A DNA stretch of 20,000 nt, from IMG/VR virus record IMGVR_UViG_3300033146_001099. The stretch is one strand, 5' to 3'. Numbering within the stretch: position 1 is the first letter of the stretch; each line of letters starts with the position of its first letter. This stretch comes from an uncultured virus (IMG/VR IMGVR_UViG_3300033146_001099) (lineage: Duplodnaviria; Heunggongvirae; Uroviricota; Caudoviricetes). The translations under genes were made by a program, and so were the position numbers. This document shows positions 16,699 to 20,000 of the stretch, one piece after another. The notes under the pieces are model-generated. The model ran no database searches, was not told where the DNA came from, and worked only from the letters and a program-made list of their open reading frames with translations.

Positions 16699-16918
16699 TA
16701 GACGAACAATGAGTACTTTCAGACAAGACATGATTAACCTATCTAGTAAGTACTCTTTTGTTAAAAAGGTAATTATTAGCGATGAGAGCTGGGAAGATAT
16801 GTGTAAATCTTTCGATAAGGACTTAGATCGATCCGAAGGCACTACCCAAAAACATATAGCAGACCTAAATGGGTCTATGTGTTTTGAAACATTGTATGTG
16901 GAAAAGGAAGAGCTGTAG
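16685..16918 (+). CDS. Hypothetical protein
   Basis: 77-aa ORF filling the gap between dnaE and the exonuclease, with GGAG upstream. No recognisable DnaE motifs. Confidence 0.55.
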   Translation: MMSTSRRTMSTFRQDMINLSSKYSFVKKVIISDESWEDMCKSFDKDLDRSEGTTQKHIADLNGSMCFETLYVEKEEL

Positions 16919-16956
16919 TCTCAATGCGAATAACTAATAATGTCGAGGTGTTTTAA

Positions 16957-17631
16957 ATGAAAAATAGTAGATGGTTTATCTGTTTCGATTTTGAGACAGA
17001 CGGCAAAAAAGCAGAAGAATGCAGTCCCGTGGAACTAGCGGCTGTTCCTATCGATCCAGAGACGCTAGAAATAAGGCGGGCGTGTGCTTTTAGTACAGTC
17101 ATTCGTCCACCTGGGATAGACAAGGAAGACTATTTCGACGATAAGAAAGTCGAGACGATTAACTGGCACGCAAAGCAGGCGGGATGTACCTTTGATGATA
17201 TCGTAGAAAAATGGAAGGGCGGTATGGCTCAGAAAACCGCGTGGAAAAACTTTTGTTCCTATTGTTCCAAATACAATGTTGACAAGAGACCAGGACAATG
17301 GTATCCTCAGCCCATACCTGTGGGCTACAATATTCTTGGCTACGACATGATCATAGCTGAACGACTAGCGGAGAAGCATAAGGCTAAGGTGCCGTTTTCT
17401 CAGGTGACACGAGTGGATATCTTTGACATGATCTTCACTTGGTTCGAAAATCTAGATGAACCATCTGACTTTAAAATGGATACTTTACGTAAGTTTTTTG
17501 GAATTAAGTCCGAGGGAAAAGCACACTCGGCAATAGTAGATGTGTTTGAAGAGGCTGAGATCTTTGTTAAGTTCATGAAGTTTCAGCGTAGACAAGCTAG
17601 TGTTAAAAAATTCAAAGGAAGTTTCGCATGA
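16957..17631 (+). CDS. DEDDh 3'-5' exonuclease (DnaQ/epsilon-like)
   Basis: ExoI FDFETDG, ExoII GYNILGYD, ExoIII HSAIVD. GAGGTG SD. Confidence 0.9.
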   Translation: MKNSRWFICFDFETDGKKAEECSPVELAAVPIDPETLEIRRACAFSTVIRPPGIDKEDYFDDKKVETINWHAKQAGCTFDDIVEKWKGGMAQKTAWKNFCSYCSKYNVDKRPGQWYPQPIPVGYNILGYDMIIAERLAEKHKAKVPFSQVTRVDIFDMIFTWFENLDEPSDFKMDTLRKFFGIKSEGKAHSAIVDVFEEAEIFVKFMKFQRRQASVKKFKGSFA

Positions 17632-17632
17632 C

Positions 17633-17986
17633 TCAAGGCCAGTTCACAAAGCCCAGTGTCCACAACCAATGCACCATGGCAGTCCAATAGAGACATGTAC
17701 CAGCGACTAGAAACGAGAACCACTTCCACTTTTTCCAGTTACATAGATATATGAAGAGCATTGTATACATACTGATACGTGAAATCCAGAGGGCATTATA
17801 GATACCAATGAATTTAATACAATAGCTCATTGGAAGGAATGTTTCCCTCTGCCAATTATTACCAATTATTTCCCGTGTTAGGATCATGTCAATCGTATGA
17901 ATCACTAGCAACAGAACAACAAAGAACAACGAGATAAGCCATGATGGAGACTTGTACTCTTTGGGTCGCATACATGTAGAAATCAT
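17633..17986 (-). CDS. Multi-pass membrane protein (resembles DUF5658-type)
   Basis: Three hydrophobic segments and an IDMILT...E...PM pattern. No competing + strand ORF. GAGG SD on the minus strand. Confidence 0.7.
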   Translation of the reverse strand: MISTCMRPKEYKSPSWLISLFFVVLLLVIHTIDMILTREIIGNNWQRETFLPMSYCIKFIGIYNALWISRISMYTMLFIYLCNWKKWKWFSFLVAGTCLYWTAMVHWLWTLGFVNWP

Positions 17987-18015
17987 TTTATTGGCCTCGT
18001 ACGTGGTTAATGATA

Positions 18016-18076
18016 TGCTACAGTATAATACACAATAACGGGGGTTTTCAGAAAAAACTCAAGTTTATGATAAAAT
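18016..18076. promoter_or_regulatory. Divergent promoter region
   Basis: TATAAT at 18024-18029 and extended -10 TGaTAAAAT at 18068-18076 on +, TATACT/TATTAT on -, and a TTTTCAGAAAA dyad between them. Confidence 0.5.
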
Positions 18077-18105
18077 AGCAGAAATTTACCTTTAGGAGCT
18101 CTCTG

Positions 18106-18567
18106 ATGAACCTTGTTATTGTTTCAGGATACTTCAACCCCTTGCACACAGGACATCTTGACTACCTTGAGGGTGCAAGTCGTCTAGGTGATTATCTAAT
18201 TGTGATAGTTAACAATGACGAGCAAGTCAGGATTAAGGGAAGCATACCCTTCCTGTCCCTTAAGGATCGTTTAAGAATAGTTCAAGCTCTAACCTGCGTG
18301 GGTAGGTCGGTGGCATCTATTGATACCGATGGCTCAGTTGTAAAAACCATAGAAGAGCTCGCCAAGCTGTGGAAGCAAGCGGGCTCCGATGGGACGGCGA
18401 CACAAATTTCTGAAGATGGAATAATTTTTGCGAACGGTGGAGACCGAAACTCTAATGACATTCCAGAGTATTCCCTATGTGAAAAATATGGTATTCAAAT
18501 GGCGTTCAATATTGGGGGAGGAAAAACCCAATCATCAAGCGGACTTATTAAGAAGGTTAAGCAATAG
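18106..18567 (+). CDS. Cytidyltransferase-like nucleotidyltransferase (HxGH family; RfaE-II/TagD/RibL-like)
   Basis: SGYFNPLHTGHLDYL, VIVNND, KG, FANGGDR, KTQSSS. AGGAG SD. Confidence 0.88.
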   Translation: MNLVIVSGYFNPLHTGHLDYLEGASRLGDYLIVIVNNDEQVRIKGSIPFLSLKDRLRIVQALTCVGRSVASIDTDGSVVKTIEELAKLWKQAGSDGTATQISEDGIIFANGGDRNSNDIPEYSLCEKYGIQMAFNIGGGKTQSSSGLIKKVKQ

Positions 18568-18576
18568 GGGTTGACA

Positions 18577-18696
18577 ATGGAAGACAAGCCTACATTATCG
18601 GATATTGTTTTGGGAGTGATTGGAATTATTCTTATAATTGCTCTTGCATGGGATATTGTTTGTTGGAGTATCTTTCTGGGAGGATGGAATGAGTAA
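18577..18696 (+). CDS. 39-aa single-TM membrane protein (not in ORF track)
   Basis: Own translation: MEDKPTLSDIVLGVIGIILIIALAWDIVCWSIFLGGWNE*. GGGG SD-like sequence upstream; the stop overlaps the next gene. Confidence 0.6.
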   Translation: MEDKPTLSDIVLGVIGIILIIALAWDIVCWSIFLGGWNE

Positions 18697-18925
18697 TCAA
18701 AGAGGTCATAACTACTTCACTTTAGTAGAGTCGCTAGAGTTGTATATAGATAATTTATCTCATTTAAACAAAAATATGAAGATAGACAGAGAAGTCAAAC
18801 TGCCTTCCCCAGTAGGACGCTTCCCAGTTTATGGTGGCGAGACAGTAAATGATGAAATCAAGTTGGCTAAGGGTCGTCTTAAAATAACAAGAGAGAGATT
18901 GTTTATAAATAAAAAGGAACAATGA
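18689..18925 (+). CDS. Hypothetical protein
   Basis: GGAGG SD before ATG 18689, preferred to the track's TTG 18638. Confidence 0.6.
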   Translation: MSNQRGHNYFTLVESLELYIDNLSHLNKNMKIDREVKLPSPVGRFPVYGGETVNDEIKLAKGRLKITRERLFINKKEQ

Positions 18926-18926
18926 G

Positions 18927-19472
18927 ATGAAAATTGGGTTAAAGAAAATTCCGAAGGCCGTCGCCCTATGGGCCATAGTAATCATGGGTGCATTCTTGAT
19001 CTTTATGACTGCCCTAAGTATTGGTGAAGACAAGGGTCAGCGGATAGAAAGATCGCATCAGGCACTGGAAATTACCAAGGTGGTTGTTGCCAACACAGAA
19101 ATCATAGTTGCACATGGGCAGCTTTCTCAGCAGATGAGACAAAATTCAGATATTATAATGAGGTATCATCACTACTTAGATGGTCATAATCCATCTGTTA
19201 AAAAGGTGGTATTATGTCCAGAGTGCCTGACAGAGGAAGACCGCCCAGGCAAGATCGAAGCATATTTTGTTACCGAATTTGAAGATCACCCAGAGGAATT
19301 GCCAGAAACATTTGAACAACTCTTACAGGACTGCGAAGAAATAAAGACTGGTATTCGAGCCGCCCGGTTCAGTTTGATTCTTCAAGCAGAAACATTACAA
19401 CGTACATTAGATAAACTTAGAACTCAAACTTCTCCGGTGGTCGAAAATATCTTTGAAAGAATTGATAAATGA
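18927..19472 (+). CDS. Membrane-anchored protein with CxxC and coiled-coil-like segments
   Basis: N-terminal TM AVALWAIVIMGAFLIFMTAL, HHY...H...CPEC, and a helical C-terminus. Confidence 0.7.
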   Translation: MKIGLKKIPKAVALWAIVIMGAFLIFMTALSIGEDKGQRIERSHQALEITKVVVANTEIIVAHGQLSQQMRQNSDIIMRYHHYLDGHNPSVKKVVLCPECLTEEDRPGKIEAYFVTEFEDHPEELPETFEQLLQDCEEIKTGIRAARFSLILQAETLQRTLDKLRTQTSPVVENIFERIDK

Positions 19473-19711
19473 GCTATCGAATAACAGACGAGCAGGAAAC
19501 TTTAGAAACTGTCAATTTCCACATGTTGACCGCCATGCAAAATGAATTTGTTTTTAATATTGACGAAGAGCCAACAATTTGCAAAAGAATTCAGATTGGT
19601 GATTTGATTTGTGAAAACGACGCTTATAGTTGTCATACTACGTCAAGAGTAGATCAAGATGGGTTTGTTAAGGTTATTGTTACGACAAAGGGGTGGGGAG
19701 TTGACAAATGA
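19469..19711 (+). CDS. Hypothetical protein
   Basis: ATGA-coupled on both sides. Confidence 0.6.
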   Translation: MSYRITDEQETLETVNFHMLTAMQNEFVFNIDEEPTICKRIQIGDLICENDAYSCHTTSRVDQDGFVKVIVTTKGWGVDK

Positions 19712-19901
19712 GTTCTGACGAACATAATTTAGAAAATCCATTATCAAATGTTGTAGTATCCCACATTGTGCCGCCGAATTTAGACCTTGCAACCCACCCA
19801 TACGCAAAATATCTAAATTTTGGTGAGCCGATAGAGTGTATTTTATCTATTTTAGATAATGAAGAACAAGAGTTTTGGAAAAATATGGAGTTGACAAATG
19901 A
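19697..19901 (+). repeat. 15-bp repeat GGAGTTGACAAATGA at successive gene starts (19697-19711, 19887-19901)
   Basis: Two exact copies, with related copies at 18567-18579 and 19462-19473. Confidence 0.8.
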
Positions 19902-19905
19902 CTGA
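19708..19905 (+). CDS. Hypothetical protein
   Basis: GGAG SD and ATGA overlap. Confidence 0.6.
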   Translation: MSSDEHNLENPLSNVVVSHIVPPNLDLATHPYAKYLNFGEPIECILSILDNEEQEFWKNMELTND

Positions 19906-20000
19906 CGATAGATTGATAACTCTTTACGATAAAAACAAGAATCCAAAGTTAAAAGTTAGATTGACAGAAGAAGGATACGAAAAATATCAGGCAGGAGAAA
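19898..20000 (+). CDS. Hypothetical protein, 3' truncated by window edge
   Basis: GGAG SD, ATG 19898, open to the window end (MTDDRLITLYDKNKNPKLKVRLTEEGYEKYQAGE). Confidence 0.6.
   Translation, partial: MTDDRLITLYDKNKNPKLKVRLTEEGYEKYQAGE

Noticed and set aside
16696..16740. TAG stop-codon reassignment explaining the short DnaE
   Set aside because: Reading through TAG TAG hits TAA within about 13 codons with no DnaE-like sequence. Other long genes are intact under the standard code.
16685..16918. ORF after dnaE as a frameshifted continuation (fingers domain)
   Set aside because: IISDESWEDMCK only faintly recalls the LDDxxTW segment. There is no GVFQ(L/F)E motif, the ORF is only 77 aa, and no slippery site is evident.
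1904..17298. Numerous minus-strand and nested ORFs in the track (e.g. 1904-2230, 4387-4755, 5794-6138, 7295-7531, 12669-12986, 16173-16502, 16229-16420)
   Set aside because: They lie within or across well-supported + strand genes and show no motifs, so they are treated as shadow ORFs.
18638..18688. Track's TTG start for the 18638-18925 ORF
   Set aside because: The region is better explained by the 39-aa TM gene 18577-18696 plus a GGAGG-preceded ATG at 18689.

Overview
This window looks like part of a large dsDNA bacteriophage genome. Genes are densely packed, often with ATGA/TAATG overlaps, and all but one lie on the + strand. The left end (1-2335) is a membrane/envelope cluster: a papain-like C1 cysteine peptidase, several TM-anchored proteins and a 59-aa holin-like gene the ORF track missed, closed by a terminator. 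Next come small regulatory-type genes (a SAM methyltransferase-like protein, an FmdB zinc ribbon, an HTH protein). A long recombination/replication operon follows: RecA/UvsX, a Vsr/DUF559-like nuclease, DnaB, DnaG, dNMP kinase, a Cas4/AddB-like PD-(D/E)xK nuclease, an EndoVII-type HNH nuclease, DnaE and a DEDDh exonuclease. The right end holds accessory genes (a cytidyltransferase and small membrane proteins). Four observations stand out. (i) DnaE stops near the palm/fingers boundary with no split intein, suggesting a naturally fragmented C-family polymerase. (ii) Two LAGLIDADG-bearing inteins, in RecA and the Cas4-like nuclease, start with Asp and Gly instead of Cys/Ser and carry the class 3 W-C-T signature. 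(iii) A holin-like gene sits next to a papain-family peptidase, a possible non-canonical lysis module. (iv) A repeated gene-junction motif, GGAGTTGACAAATGA, occurs in the accessory region. All assignments come from reading motifs by eye; no searches were run.
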